64,000 nt of DNA from an uncultured virus (IMG/VR IMGVR_UViG_3300021087_000002) (IMGVR_UViG_3300021087_000002); one strand, 5' to 3'. Counted from the first letter of the stretch, positions 29,368-38,526 are shown. Notes: generated by a model from the letters alone, not told the origin. Numbers and translations: made by a program.

Positions 29368-29728
29368 TTTTGCCAATGACTTAGATATTACTCAGATAGG
29401 TGATGAGTTTATTTTAAGTGTAACTCAAGATGGAGAGAACCATGAGGCAGAAATCATCGTTGATGGTGATGGTAATGATGTGGCATTGACACAGACAGGA
29501 TCGTATAAATACGCATATCTTGATATGGATGGAACCCCACATGACTTTGACATATCTCAGACAGGATCTGGTAATCATTCGGTGACTATAAATATCACAA
29601 CAGGAAGTCAGGGTATGGCAGATATCAATTCAACACAGTATGGAACTAATAGTATGTCATATACTGTTAATGGAAGTTGTTGGGCTGATTACGGTTGTAC
29701 ACTTAACATAAACCAAAACGGTAACTAA
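29309..29728 (+). CDS. Second secreted curlin-like repeat protein
   Basis: Signal peptide ending ASFA; ITQIGD, VTQDGENH, LTQTG, ISQTGSGNH, INQNGN repeats. Confidence 0.7.
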   Translation: MTTGWAIALTTLLTFISNASFANDLDITQIGDEFILSVTQDGENHEAEIIVDGDGNDVALTQTGSYKYAYLDMDGTPHDFDISQTGSGNHSVTINITTGSQGMADINSTQYGTNSMSYTVNGSCWADYGCTLNINQNGN

Positions 29729-31764
29729 TGAAGAAACTATTGAGTCCTTGGTGGGCAATTTTAACTCTAGCAGTCTTGGTATATACATTCGTATATCCAT
29801 CTAACTTTATTCAAAGTATTAAACTCAATTACTTTGACCAGTTAATTGTCAATCAAGATCCTGTTGAGAATAACATCTATATTGCAGAGATCGATGAAGA
29901 AACTCTGAACAAGTATGGACAATACCCCTTTCCAAGAAACGTTTATGGTGATATAATAAAAGGTTTATATGATTCGGGTGCAGGTCTTGTGGTCTGGACA
30001 ATCATGATGCCCGAAGAAGATCGACTAGGTGGTGATGCCTATATGGGAAATATCCTATATGACTATCCTGTCGTTTTATCCTCACGTCCTAGCGATAAGA
30101 CTAAGAACGAACCTATCAATCCAGGTGCGGCTATTATCAATCCAGAGTATTTGGATACAATTTTACCATACAATGGTATAATCGCTAACGTCCCTGTATT
30201 AGAGAATAACTCTGTTGGGGCTGGAATTGTCAGTACAGAACCAGAGATAGATGGTGTGGTTAGACGTATGCCAACTGTTGCTATGGTGGATGGTACTCTT
30301 TATCCTAGTTTGGCACTAGAGACGTTGCGTGTATTAGCAGGCGACATTAGTTTTCAAATCAAAATGCAACCCAATGGTGTAGAGAAGATGAGAATACCAC
30401 AGTTTGGTATTATCCCTACAGACAGTGAAGGTCGTGTATGGATTGATTGGAGTCAAAAGAGTAAGAGAGTATCCTTAACAGATCTTCCTAAAGACTTTGG
30501 TGGTGCAGTTGTTATCGTGGACGTGACAGCCGCAGGTATAACCAACCCAGCGCCTACAGCCATAGGATCTGTATATTCTGGTGAAGTACAAGCGGCAGTT
30601 CTAGGAACAATGTTTAACGGAACTAACATTCAACGTCCTGATTGGGCTTCTATGGCAGAACTACTTGGTCTTGTGGTTGGTGGACTTCTATTAATCGCAT
30701 TAAGCAAATGGATGATAGTAGGGCTGATAGCAACAGTAGGTCTTATTGGATCAGTTATACCATATTCAATGCACATGTATGCTACAGAAAAGATGTTAAT
30801 AGATGTAACAGCCCCTACCATTGTCTTTGTAATCATAGCACTACAAGTATATGGTATTAAGTTTGTTAGAGAATTCTTAGAGAAACAAGCTATTAAGAAA
30901 CAATTTGGTGGATATGCTTCACCAGAAGTTGTGGAGATCCTACAGAAGAACCCACAACTAATTAAAGAAGGTCAGAAGAAAGAAGTAAGTATTGTATTCT
31001 CTGATCTTAGAGGTTTCACCCCATTGGGTGAATCGTTCGGAAATGATGTTAAAGGTTTGACAACAGTGATGAACAATTATATGGATGCAATTACACAACC
31101 TGTGTTAGATGCAAGTGGAATGATCATCAAATACATTGGTGACGCAACTATGCACATACACAACGCTCCTGTTAATGATCCTAGCCATCCGAAAACGGCA
31201 GTTCAGACAGGACTAAACATGCTTAAAGCAGTGGAGAAATTTAATGAAAAACTTATGGAACAAGGTAAACCGCAAGTGGGTATGGGTGCCGGCATTAATA
31301 CTGGCCTTGGTTATATTGGAGAGATGGGTTCTACATCCAGACACTCCTATGATATCCTCGGAGACAGTGTCAGTACAGCCGCAAGACTAGAAAGCGCATG
31401 CAAAGGGTATGGGGTTCTTTTAATTGTAGGACCCCATACCTACAACCTAACAGAAGATGATTTCTTCTATCTCAAACTAGACGATCTTGCAGTTAAAGGT
31501 AAGAGTGTGGGTTTAGAGATATATACGGTATTAGATATTGACCGTAACAAACATGGTGCGGATATGCTCAATCACAACACCATGCATAACTTCTATGGAA
31601 CACAACATTTTGATTCGGCTATTGAGATTTGTAAAGATCTGAAAGGCAAGTTTGAAGGTCATATGGATGACTATTATGACATCTGGATTGAACGTTGTAA
31701 GTATATGAAGACACAAGATCTCCCAAAGGATTGGGATGGGATCTTTAGAGCAACATCAAAATAA
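29728..31764 (+). CDS. CHASE2 sensor plus class III adenylate/guanylate cyclase
   Basis: IDEETL...QYPFPR, DGVVRR, TM bundle, FSDLRGFT, KYIGDA, GDSVSTAARLE, VKGK. Confidence 0.92.
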   Translation: MKKLLSPWWAILTLAVLVYTFVYPSNFIQSIKLNYFDQLIVNQDPVENNIYIAEIDEETLNKYGQYPFPRNVYGDIIKGLYDSGAGLVVWTIMMPEEDRLGGDAYMGNILYDYPVVLSSRPSDKTKNEPINPGAAIINPEYLDTILPYNGIIANVPVLENNSVGAGIVSTEPEIDGVVRRMPTVAMVDGTLYPSLALETLRVLAGDISFQIKMQPNGVEKMRIPQFGIIPTDSEGRVWIDWSQKSKRVSLTDLPKDFGGAVVIVDVTAAGITNPAPTAIGSVYSGEVQAAVLGTMFNGTNIQRPDWASMAELLGLVVGGLLLIALSKWMIVGLIATVGLIGSVIPYSMHMYATEKMLIDVTAPTIVFVIIALQVYGIKFVREFLEKQAIKKQFGGYASPEVVEILQKNPQLIKEGQKKEVSIVFSDLRGFTPLGESFGNDVKGLTTVMNNYMDAITQPVLDASGMIIKYIGDATMHIHNAPVNDPSHPKTAVQTGLNMLKAVEKFNEKLMEQGKPQVGMGAGINTGLGYIGEMGSTSRHSYDILGDSVSTAARLESACKGYGVLLIVGPHTYNLTEDDFFYLKLDDLAVKGKSVGLEIYTVLDIDRNKHGADMLNHNTMHNFYGTQHFDSAIEICKDLKGKFEGHMDDYYDIWIERCKYMKTQDLPKDWDGIFRATSK

Positions 31765-31788
31765 ATCGTTATTAAAACAAATTAGTTC

Positions 31789-31852
31789 TTGACAACTGCG
31801 AATCTATACGCTATAAAGTAGGTATAGAAACAAAGAAAGCGAGAATCACATG
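31789..31852 (+). promoter_or_regulatory. Early promoter plus repeated leader/RBS cassette
   Basis: TTGACA-17-TATAAA with CGAATC in spacer; 31810-31852 matches 61021-61063 at 42 of 43 nt. Confidence 0.8.
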
Positions 31853-32080
31853 TTTAGAATTCCTAATTTTTACCAAGACGAAGTTTCCTTCCAAGAGGGT
31901 TGGAATGCTATGAAAGCCCACGGATGTGGTGATACTCTTGAAGGCATGAATGCTATGCAACGTTGTTGGGAAGAGCACTGTGCATCAGGTGAAGAAGATG
32001 ACGAATTCTTTGAGAACTATGAATACGAAGTAAATGCATACAATGCAGTGTTCTCAAACATGCAACCAATGTTCGCTTAG
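31850..32080 (+). CDS. Small acidic early protein
   Basis: Directly follows the early promoter cassette. Confidence 0.7.
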   Translation: MFRIPNFYQDEVSFQEGWNAMKAHGCGDTLEGMNAMQRCWEEHCASGEEDDEFFENYEYEVNAYNAVFSNMQPMFA

Positions 32081-32090
32081 GAGATATATT

Positions 32091-32312
32091 ATGGAAGTCT
32101 ATACATTCAACGCATATGGCGTAACTTGGAGTGAAGAGCACGGAACTTATACACGTGCTATACAAGCCGCCACCAAAGAACTTCTGTGGAAATTCGCAGG
32201 GTCTAGGGATGGTGCGTGGTTCCAGAAGGGGATCACTAATGAGTTAGATTGGGTTGAAGGAGACTTCTGGCAAAGTACACATAAGTGCACGGAACCCTTA
32301 TTCAAAGATTAG
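32091..32312 (+). CDS. Hypothetical early protein
   Basis: SD aggag before ATG 32091. Confidence 0.65.
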   Translation: MEVYTFNAYGVTWSEEHGTYTRAIQAATKELLWKFAGSRDGAWFQKGITNELDWVEGDFWQSTHKCTEPLFKD

Positions 32313-32315
32313 GGG

Positions 32316-32344
32316 TTGACAAGACCGAATCAATATGATATATT
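32316..32344 (+). promoter_or_regulatory. Early promoter
   Basis: TTGACA-17-TATATT, CGAATCA in spacer. Confidence 0.78.
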
Positions 32345-32373
32345 AGTTATGAAAACAAATAATGGAGAATACA

Positions 32374-33348
32374 ATGTCACATGAAGTAGAAATTATCGAC
32401 GGTGTTGCTCAAATGGCTTATGCGGGTGAAACACCTTGGCATGGTTTGGGTACAAAGGTATCTAACGAATTGACACCAGTACAGATGATGCGCAAAGCGG
32501 GTCTGGATTGGGAAGTTGAAAAGCATGATTCATATGTAAACGTCAATGGTAAACAGATCAAGACTGGTCAACAGTCTCTTATCCGTACCTCTGATAACTC
32601 AGTTTTGACCAATGTTGGTGAGAACTGGAACCCTGTGCAAAACGAAACTGCATTTGAATTCTTTGCAGAGTACATTGCCGCAGGGGATATGGAGATGCAT
32701 ACCGCAGGATCACTTAAGGGTGGTCAACAGGTATGGGCTTTGGCTAAGGTTAAAGAAAGCTTCGATGTGTTTGGTGATGATACAGTAGAATCATTCTTAC
32801 TGTTCTCTAATCCACACATGTACGGCAAATCAATTGATGTACGTTTCACACCTGTACGTGTGGTTTGTAATAACACATTGACTATGTCACTTAACGCTAA
32901 CGATAAGCGTGTTGAGAAAGTGTCACACCGTAAAGCTTTTGACCCACAACAGGCTAAAGAGCACTTGGGTATCGCACACCAGAAGTTTGAGAAGTATAAA
33001 GAGATGGCTCAGTTCATTGGATCACGCCGTTATGGTGCCGAAGAACTCATCAACTTCTACAACGAAGTGTACCCACACACAGATAGCAAACGTAAGGTTG
33101 CATCAGTTAATTCAATTGATGATCTATCACGTCAGGCACGTAACTGCTACGATGTGTTGGAAAGTCAACCGGGTGCTAACTATGCTGAAGGATCTTGGTG
33201 GCAAGCATTCAATTCAGTAACATATGTTACAGACCACCTTCAAGGTCGTAACGCAGAAAACCGATTACACAGTCAGTGGTTCGGTGCAAACCAAAACCGC
33301 AAGATCAAAGCGGCAGAGAAGGCAGTGCAATACGCACTGGCTTCATAG
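32374..33348 (+). CDS. DUF932 family protein
   Basis: MAYAGETPWHGLG, AGLDWEV, PVQNE.AF.FF, TPVRVVCNNTL. Confidence 0.88.
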   Translation: MSHEVEIIDGVAQMAYAGETPWHGLGTKVSNELTPVQMMRKAGLDWEVEKHDSYVNVNGKQIKTGQQSLIRTSDNSVLTNVGENWNPVQNETAFEFFAEYIAAGDMEMHTAGSLKGGQQVWALAKVKESFDVFGDDTVESFLLFSNPHMYGKSIDVRFTPVRVVCNNTLTMSLNANDKRVEKVSHRKAFDPQQAKEHLGIAHQKFEKYKEMAQFIGSRRYGAEELINFYNEVYPHTDSKRKVASVNSIDDLSRQARNCYDVLESQPGANYAEGSWWQAFNSVTYVTDHLQGRNAENRLHSQWFGANQNRKIKAAEKAVQYALAS

Positions 33349-33351
33349 GAG

Positions 33352-33540
33352 ATGAGTATGAAATTAGTTATGGACAAACGTGATCCAGACCTATATGCCG
33401 AAGATGTTAGCGAAGCAGAGTTTATTTCTCTGCAAGCTACCATTCGTACATTGAATATAGATTTGATGGATGACAACTTTGAGCAATATCAATTCTTTGT
33501 AGAACGAGTTGGTGATAAAGCCTACATTCGTAGGAAATAA
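33352..33540 (+). CDS. Hypothetical protein
   Basis: ORF with SD aggag. Confidence 0.55.
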   Translation: MSMKLVMDKRDPDLYAEDVSEAEFISLQATIRTLNIDLMDDNFEQYQFFVERVGDKAYIRRK

Positions 33541-33544
33541 ATGT

Positions 33545-33552
33545 TATAAATA
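33545..33552 (+). promoter_or_regulatory. Late promoter TATAAATA
   Basis: Intergenic exact consensus heading the late cluster. Confidence 0.8.
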
Positions 33553-33573
33553 GAAGCAACAAGGAGAATTACT

Positions 33574-34335
33574 TTGAAAACGATTTTAGATATCAGGGAT
33601 GAGGGTGACGTATTACTAGAAACTCGTCAATCCGATAGGTACGAAAAAGAAGTTGCTGACTATGTCAATGCAATGAAAGACTGGTCGGCAGAACGTCCGA
33701 AGGTCAGTACTAAGTATTCTGATGTTCTTATAAAATCAGAAGGTGGAGAACAGTCTTGGCTTGAGGTCAAGATGAATCACACCGACAACTTGGCAAATCC
33801 ACGTATCTACTTTGATGGTAGAAAGTGGGCAACTACTTATAGTATGAAGTCTGCTCATAAAGCAGTTGAGATTATGAACAAGTCGGACTCTGCCAAGCAG
33901 TTTATCAAAGCTATCTCTGAATTCAGTGGTATCAAGAACCCCAAGATCCCTACAACCAAAACAGGTTTGAAGGATAAGGATGCAGTTCCTTTAAATGTAA
34001 TGAAGGAATACTTTTCTCAACCGGGGATTAATAGGTATCTTACATCGTTGCCTAATGTAAATCTTGGTGAGGTTATCACAGATCACTACTTGAATAATAA
34101 AGCAGAACCTGCATTCTATATGCAAGCGGGTGATGACTTCTATATGGTTGGTAGAACCAACCCTCTTAAATTAAAAGGAAACATACCTCTACTATCTGGA
34201 ATAGGTGCATTTAAAGTGCGTGTATCGACTAGATCTCAGTACTATGAAGTGCAAGCTGAGTTGAAAATCATGAAGATGCCAGACAGTAAGTATTCCCTTA
34301 AGCCTAAAACACGTAAAAAGAATCCACTAAAGTAA
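33574..34335 (+). CDS. Putative PD-(D/E)XK nuclease
   Basis: YE..V, YSDVLI...WLEVK pattern; TTG start with SD aaggag. Confidence 0.55.
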   Translation: MKTILDIRDEGDVLLETRQSDRYEKEVADYVNAMKDWSAERPKVSTKYSDVLIKSEGGEQSWLEVKMNHTDNLANPRIYFDGRKWATTYSMKSAHKAVEIMNKSDSAKQFIKAISEFSGIKNPKIPTTKTGLKDKDAVPLNVMKEYFSQPGINRYLTSLPNVNLGEVITDHYLNNKAEPAFYMQAGDDFYMVGRTNPLKLKGNIPLLSGIGAFKVRVSTRSQYYEVQAELKIMKMPDSKYSLKPKTRKKNPLK

Positions 34336-34344
34336 GGACAGAAC

Positions 34345-34575
34345 ATGGCATGGGTAGCAGTACCAAATAACCCTCAATGGGAATACAACAACTCACCTTC
34401 GGATCCGGGGGTGGGTTCTCCTCATCGTGCACTATGGTTAAAACAAACCAATGGTGTTAGAACATTTGGTTCTGGATCAGGTGCTCATCAGGTGTACACT
34501 GAAGTTCGTAAAGTTGGTGACACAACTAGAACTAGAGGTGAACTAAGCAAAACATTCTGGGATAGTCGTGCCTAA
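34345..34575 (+). CDS. Hypothetical protein
   Basis: SD aagga, coupled ORF. Confidence 0.65.
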   Translation: MAWVAVPNNPQWEYNNSPSDPGVGSPHRALWLKQTNGVRTFGSGSGAHQVYTEVRKVGDTTRTRGELSKTFWDSRA

Positions 34576-35804
34576 TGTTATCCTTTAATGAATCAATGCT
34601 TACTGAGCAAAAGAATACTCATATGACACACATTGAGGATAAGGTTCTCTATGGTGGTGTTGATGGTACTCGACAAGCTATCAACGCATTGCGTGAGTTA
34701 CGTGATATGTTAGGTGGTGCTCACAAAGGTAACGTCTCTATCAAATGGGATGGTGCTCCTGCGATCTTCTGTGGGACTGACCCTAATGATGGTGAATTCT
34801 TTGTTGCCAAGAAAGGCATATTTAATAAGAACCCCAAGGTATATAAGACTGCCGCCGAAGTTGATGCTGACACTAAAGGTGATCTAGCTGATAAACTTAA
34901 GGCGGCATTGAGGTATCTACCATCTTTGGGGATTAAAGGTATAATCCAAGGCGACTTTCTGTTTGGCCCTGGAGACACAAAAAAGGAGAAGATAAACGGT
35001 GAAGATCTCATCACTTTTCATCCTAACACTATTGTCTATGCTGTTCCTGCTAATAGTACTGCCGCAAGAGAAATCAAAAGCGCACAAATTGGAATCGTTT
35101 GGCACACATCCTATAGCGGTAACGACTTTGAAAGCCTTAGAGCTTCCTATGGAGTAGATGTATCCAACTTCAAGAAATCCCGAAACGTATGGTCACAAGA
35201 TGCTATGTTAAGAGATATGACATCTATGACAATGACTGCAAAGGAAACTGAGAATGTTACTAAGATCCTTAGCGAGTGTGGTAAACTATTCAATACCATC
35301 TCAGGAACAACTCTACGGAGTCTCGAATCGAACAAAGTCCTCGCACAACATATTGAACAGTACAACAACACGTTTGTCAGAAGTGGGACGATCATCAAAA
35401 ACACAACCACTCATACCGCAGGTCTCATCCGTTGGATCAAAGGCAAATACCAAAAGGAAATAGACAAGCTAAAGACCGAAAAGGGTAAGAACAGACGTAG
35501 AGATGCTTTAAACGAGTTATTGTCGTTCTTCTCACCTGCTAACAAACAATCTTTAATTCGTATGTTTGAAATGCAAAAACTTATTGTATTAGCCAAATTA
35601 AAACTTATAAATAGTCTTAATAAACTAAGTAAAACTAAAACCTTCGTTAAGACCAAAACTGGTTACAAAGTAACTGGTGAAGAGGGTTATGTAGCAATTG
35701 ATAAACTTGGCGGTGATGCAGTGAAAATCGTTGATCGTATGGAGTTCTCCTACAACAACTTTTCACCCGATACATTAAAAGGATGGGACAAACCAGGAAG
35801 ATGA
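34575..35804 (+). CDS. Conserved T4-like protein with ligase-type nucleotidyltransferase motifs (RNA-ligase-like)
   Basis: SIKWDG (motif I KxDG), IIQGDFL, EEGYV, VKIVDR. Confidence 0.6.
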   Translation: MLSFNESMLTEQKNTHMTHIEDKVLYGGVDGTRQAINALRELRDMLGGAHKGNVSIKWDGAPAIFCGTDPNDGEFFVAKKGIFNKNPKVYKTAAEVDADTKGDLADKLKAALRYLPSLGIKGIIQGDFLFGPGDTKKEKINGEDLITFHPNTIVYAVPANSTAAREIKSAQIGIVWHTSYSGNDFESLRASYGVDVSNFKKSRNVWSQDAMLRDMTSMTMTAKETENVTKILSECGKLFNTISGTTLRSLESNKVLAQHIEQYNNTFVRSGTIIKNTTTHTAGLIRWIKGKYQKEIDKLKTEKGKNRRRDALNELLSFFSPANKQSLIRMFEMQKLIVLAKLKLINSLNKLSKTKTFVKTKTGYKVTGEEGYVAIDKLGGDAVKIVDRMEFSYNNFSPDTLKGWDKPGR

Positions 35805-35807
35805 CAA

Positions 35808-36260
35808 ATGACATTCAGAGATAAAATTCTAGAAAACTTAGAATTCAGAGACTTATCTGAGGATCCATGTTGGGATACTCATAAACAAGTAGGAACTAAA
35901 ATGAAGGGGGGCAAAGAAGTCCCTAATTGTGTTCCTAAAGAAGAAGTAGTGCAAGAACTCACTTCTGCTGAAAAGAAGCTTATTAATCAAATGTATGACA
36001 AAAAGGGTAACCTTACACCTATGGGTAAGAAGGTTATGGCTCATGGTAAAGCAAACAGCAAACTTACTCCTAAAGCAAGAGATGCTGATAATGCGAGACG
36101 TAAAGAATACAAAGCATTTCAAAAGAGCAAAGCTAACGAAGCTAAAAAGCCCGGTCTGTGGGATAATATGCATGCTCGTAGGAAAGCTGGTAAACCAAAA
36201 CTTAAGCCCGGTGATAAGAATTATCCTAAAACTCTTGACATTGAAAAGAGTAAAAAATAA
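35808..36260 (+). CDS. Basic modular protein, probable head internal protein
   Basis: MTFRDKILE start; short basic modules separated by Glu sites. Confidence 0.6.
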   Translation: MTFRDKILENLEFRDLSEDPCWDTHKQVGTKMKGGKEVPNCVPKEEVVQELTSAEKKLINQMYDKKGNLTPMGKKVMAHGKANSKLTPKARDADNARRKEYKAFQKSKANEAKKPGLWDNMHARRKAGKPKLKPGDKNYPKTLDIEKSKK

Positions 36261-36859
36261 TGAAAACCTTTAAGTTGTTCTTAGAACGAAACTACGCCAA
36301 AGAGTACGAAAACTACCAAGGCAAGCCTGAGCAAATCGAGAAGCGTTCTTCTCGTAACAAGGCACGTAGACTAATGGCTAAAAAGATGAATGTCAAGGGT
36401 AAAGATGTTGGACATAAGGATAATGATCCACTGAACAACGATCCTAAGAACTTGCGTCTTGAAGATCCGTCAGTCAATCGTAGAGAGCCACGTCTTCGTG
36501 ACAATCCTGTTGAGGAGTCTGTACAAGAGTTTAACGGTCCTCGTAGCAGAGGTCTATTACATCGTAAAGGTGTAAAGGGTACATCTTTTGCAAATAAGAT
36601 GAATAAAACTCATTCTCAAAACAAAACAGACCAACAGAAAGCCGCCGCTCGTCAGAAAGCCGCCGCCGCAGATCATGCCGCCTTCCGTAAGAAGTATCCT
36701 AACATCAAATTCGATGAGGATAATGTTGATGAATTGGCAATGACACTCAAGTCATTACGTAAATCGGGTATTAACAGAAAAGATCTTGACAAACAGACTA
36801 AAAGTGTTAAAACAGATCTTAAAGCTCTTCGTAGTAGGTTAAATAAGGTAAAGAAATGA
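36260..36859 (+). CDS. HNH-like domain protein with CTS-like N-terminus
   Basis: MKTFKLFLE; KDVGHKDNDPLNNDPKNLR...NR. Confidence 0.65.
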   Translation: MKTFKLFLERNYAKEYENYQGKPEQIEKRSSRNKARRLMAKKMNVKGKDVGHKDNDPLNNDPKNLRLEDPSVNRREPRLRDNPVEESVQEFNGPRSRGLLHRKGVKGTSFANKMNKTHSQNKTDQQKAAARQKAAAADHAAFRKKYPNIKFDEDNVDELAMTLKSLRKSGINRKDLDKQTKSVKTDLKALRSRLNKVKK

Positions 36860-37299
36860 AATCATTCCTAAAATTCCAAGAAGATTGTTACGATCCTAAT
36901 AAACACCAAGAAGGTACGCCCCAAGCTACTGCACGTGCAAAAGCTATAATGCAACCTAACGAAGAAGTTGAAGATGTGGATGAAGTTTTATCCATTAAAC
37001 AACGTAGGGATCGTGGCATAGCGGCACGTAAGAATAAGACTAAAATGAAGATGGGTCGCAGAAGAGCGGCAAATAAGATAGCTTCTACTGATAAACTGAA
37101 GAAACGTGCACAAAGACAGGCTCGTAACCAAATGGCTCTTAAGATTGCCAAGGACGGTCCTAAAAAAGACATGACTCCTGCACGTAAAGCAGAGATTGAG
37201 AAGCGTTTAAATAAGATGAAACCACGTATAAATAATATTGCAAAACGTATGATGAAAGATGTACGTAAGGCAGAGATAGCAAGAAAACGTGGAAAGTAG
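36856..37299 (+). CDS. Highly basic helical protein, probable internal protein
   Basis: MKSFLKFQE; K/R-rich. Confidence 0.65.
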   Translation: MKSFLKFQEDCYDPNKHQEGTPQATARAKAIMQPNEEVEDVDEVLSIKQRRDRGIAARKNKTKMKMGRRRAANKIASTDKLKKRAQRQARNQMALKIAKDGPKKDMTPARKAEIEKRLNKMKPRINNIAKRMMKDVRKAEIARKRGK

Positions 37300-37307
37300 T
37301 ATTACTT

Positions 37308-38243
37308 ATGGCAATCGCATCATTTAGCCAGTTCTTAGTTGAAGAGGAACAAGCTGTTTATTTTACCTTTGGTAGAATGAATCCTCCGACTATTGGTCAT
37401 GAGAAATTATTGAAGAAACTGGCATCAACTGCGGGTAGAAATCCTTATAGGGTATATCTATCACAAAGCCAAGATAAGAATAAGAATCCTTTGTCATACA
37501 AAGACAAGGTAAAGTATGCTCGTAAGATGTTCCCAAAGCATGCTCGTCAAATTATGATTAATAATAAAGTTAAGACGGTATTTGATATTGCAACAACATT
37601 ATATAACGATGGTTTCAAAACTATCGTAATGGTTGTAGGATCTGATCGTGTAAACGAATTTGATATACTATTGAATAAGTATAATGGAACCAAGTCTAGA
37701 CACGGTTTCTATAACTTTAAGAAGATAACAGTCGTATCGGCTGGTGAAAGAGATCCAGATGCAGACGGTGCTGAAGGCGCATCTGCTAGTAAGCAAAGAG
37801 CAAGTGCAAAAGCAAACGACTTTACAACTTTCTCCCAAGGTCTCCCTAAACCATTAAGCAATTCTGATGCAAAGAAACTGTTCAGTGATATCCGTAACGC
37901 TATGGGTATTAGAGAGCAAGCATCATTTAGGCACCACGTAGAACTCGAATCAGTTTCTGAGGAACGTGAAGCCTTTGTTAACGGAGACCTATTCACGGTA
38001 GGAGAGTCCGTCATAATAAAAGACACCAATGAGGTAGGTAATATCTCAGTACTTGGTGCCAACTATGTTATTGTCGAGACAGCCACAGGACGTACACGTC
38101 AATGGTTGAAATCGGTAGAAAAGATAGAATCGGTTGTTGAACCTGTTAAAGAGGAAATAACTAAATCTGAGACCCTTGCAAAATATTCATTTGCAAGTTA
38201 CGTTAAAATATATCCAGATGGGGGAACAAGTGATAAGTTTTAA
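37308..38243 (+). CDS. Cytidylyltransferase-like (HIGH-family) protein
   Basis: FTFGRMNPPTIGHEKL, MVVGSDRV, SAGERDPD, SASK. Confidence 0.85.
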   Translation: MAIASFSQFLVEEEQAVYFTFGRMNPPTIGHEKLLKKLASTAGRNPYRVYLSQSQDKNKNPLSYKDKVKYARKMFPKHARQIMINNKVKTVFDIATTLYNDGFKTIVMVVGSDRVNEFDILLNKYNGTKSRHGFYNFKKITVVSAGERDPDADGAEGASASKQRASAKANDFTTFSQGLPKPLSNSDAKKLFSDIRNAMGIREQASFRHHVELESVSEEREAFVNGDLFTVGESVIIKDTNEVGNISVLGANYVIVETATGRTRQWLKSVEKIESVVEPVKEEITKSETLAKYSFASYVKIYPDGGTSDKF

Positions 38244-38523
38244 AAAGTATATGGCTGAAGCAAGGGGCGAAGATGCCAAAGGCCATAAAATAGCAACCAA
38301 AGATGGTGCTGGAATGACTAAGAAGGGTGTTGCGGCATATAGACGTAAGAACCCAGGAAGTAAACTCCAGACCGCAGTTACTGGTAAAGTCAAACCCGGC
38401 AGTAAAGATGCTGGTCGTAGAAAATCATTCTGTGCTCGTATGAGTGGAGTTAAGGGTCCTATGAAAGACGAAAAAGGCAGACCTACTCGTAAAGCCATGT
38501 CTCTCAGAAGATGGAAGTGTTAA
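38230..38523 (+). CDS. Basic conserved protein (GTG start), probable internal protein
   Basis: MISFKKYMAE; GMTKKGVAAYRRKNPGSKL, RRKSFCARM. Confidence 0.7.
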   Translation: MISFKKYMAEARGEDAKGHKIATKDGAGMTKKGVAAYRRKNPGSKLQTAVTGKVKPGSKDAGRRKSFCARMSGVKGPMKDEKGRPTRKAMSLRRWKC

Positions 38524-38526
38524 ATC

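Noticed and set aside
29504..29594. Intragenic TATAAATA copies (also 9099, 35606, 37227, 46551)
   Set aside because: An AT-only octamer is expected several times by chance in this AT-rich sequence; some may be real, but only intergenic copies were called
28231..29728. Frameshifted single FecR-curlin gene
   Set aside because: The 29309 ORF has its own SD-like ggag and a signal peptide, so two overlapping genes is the simpler reading
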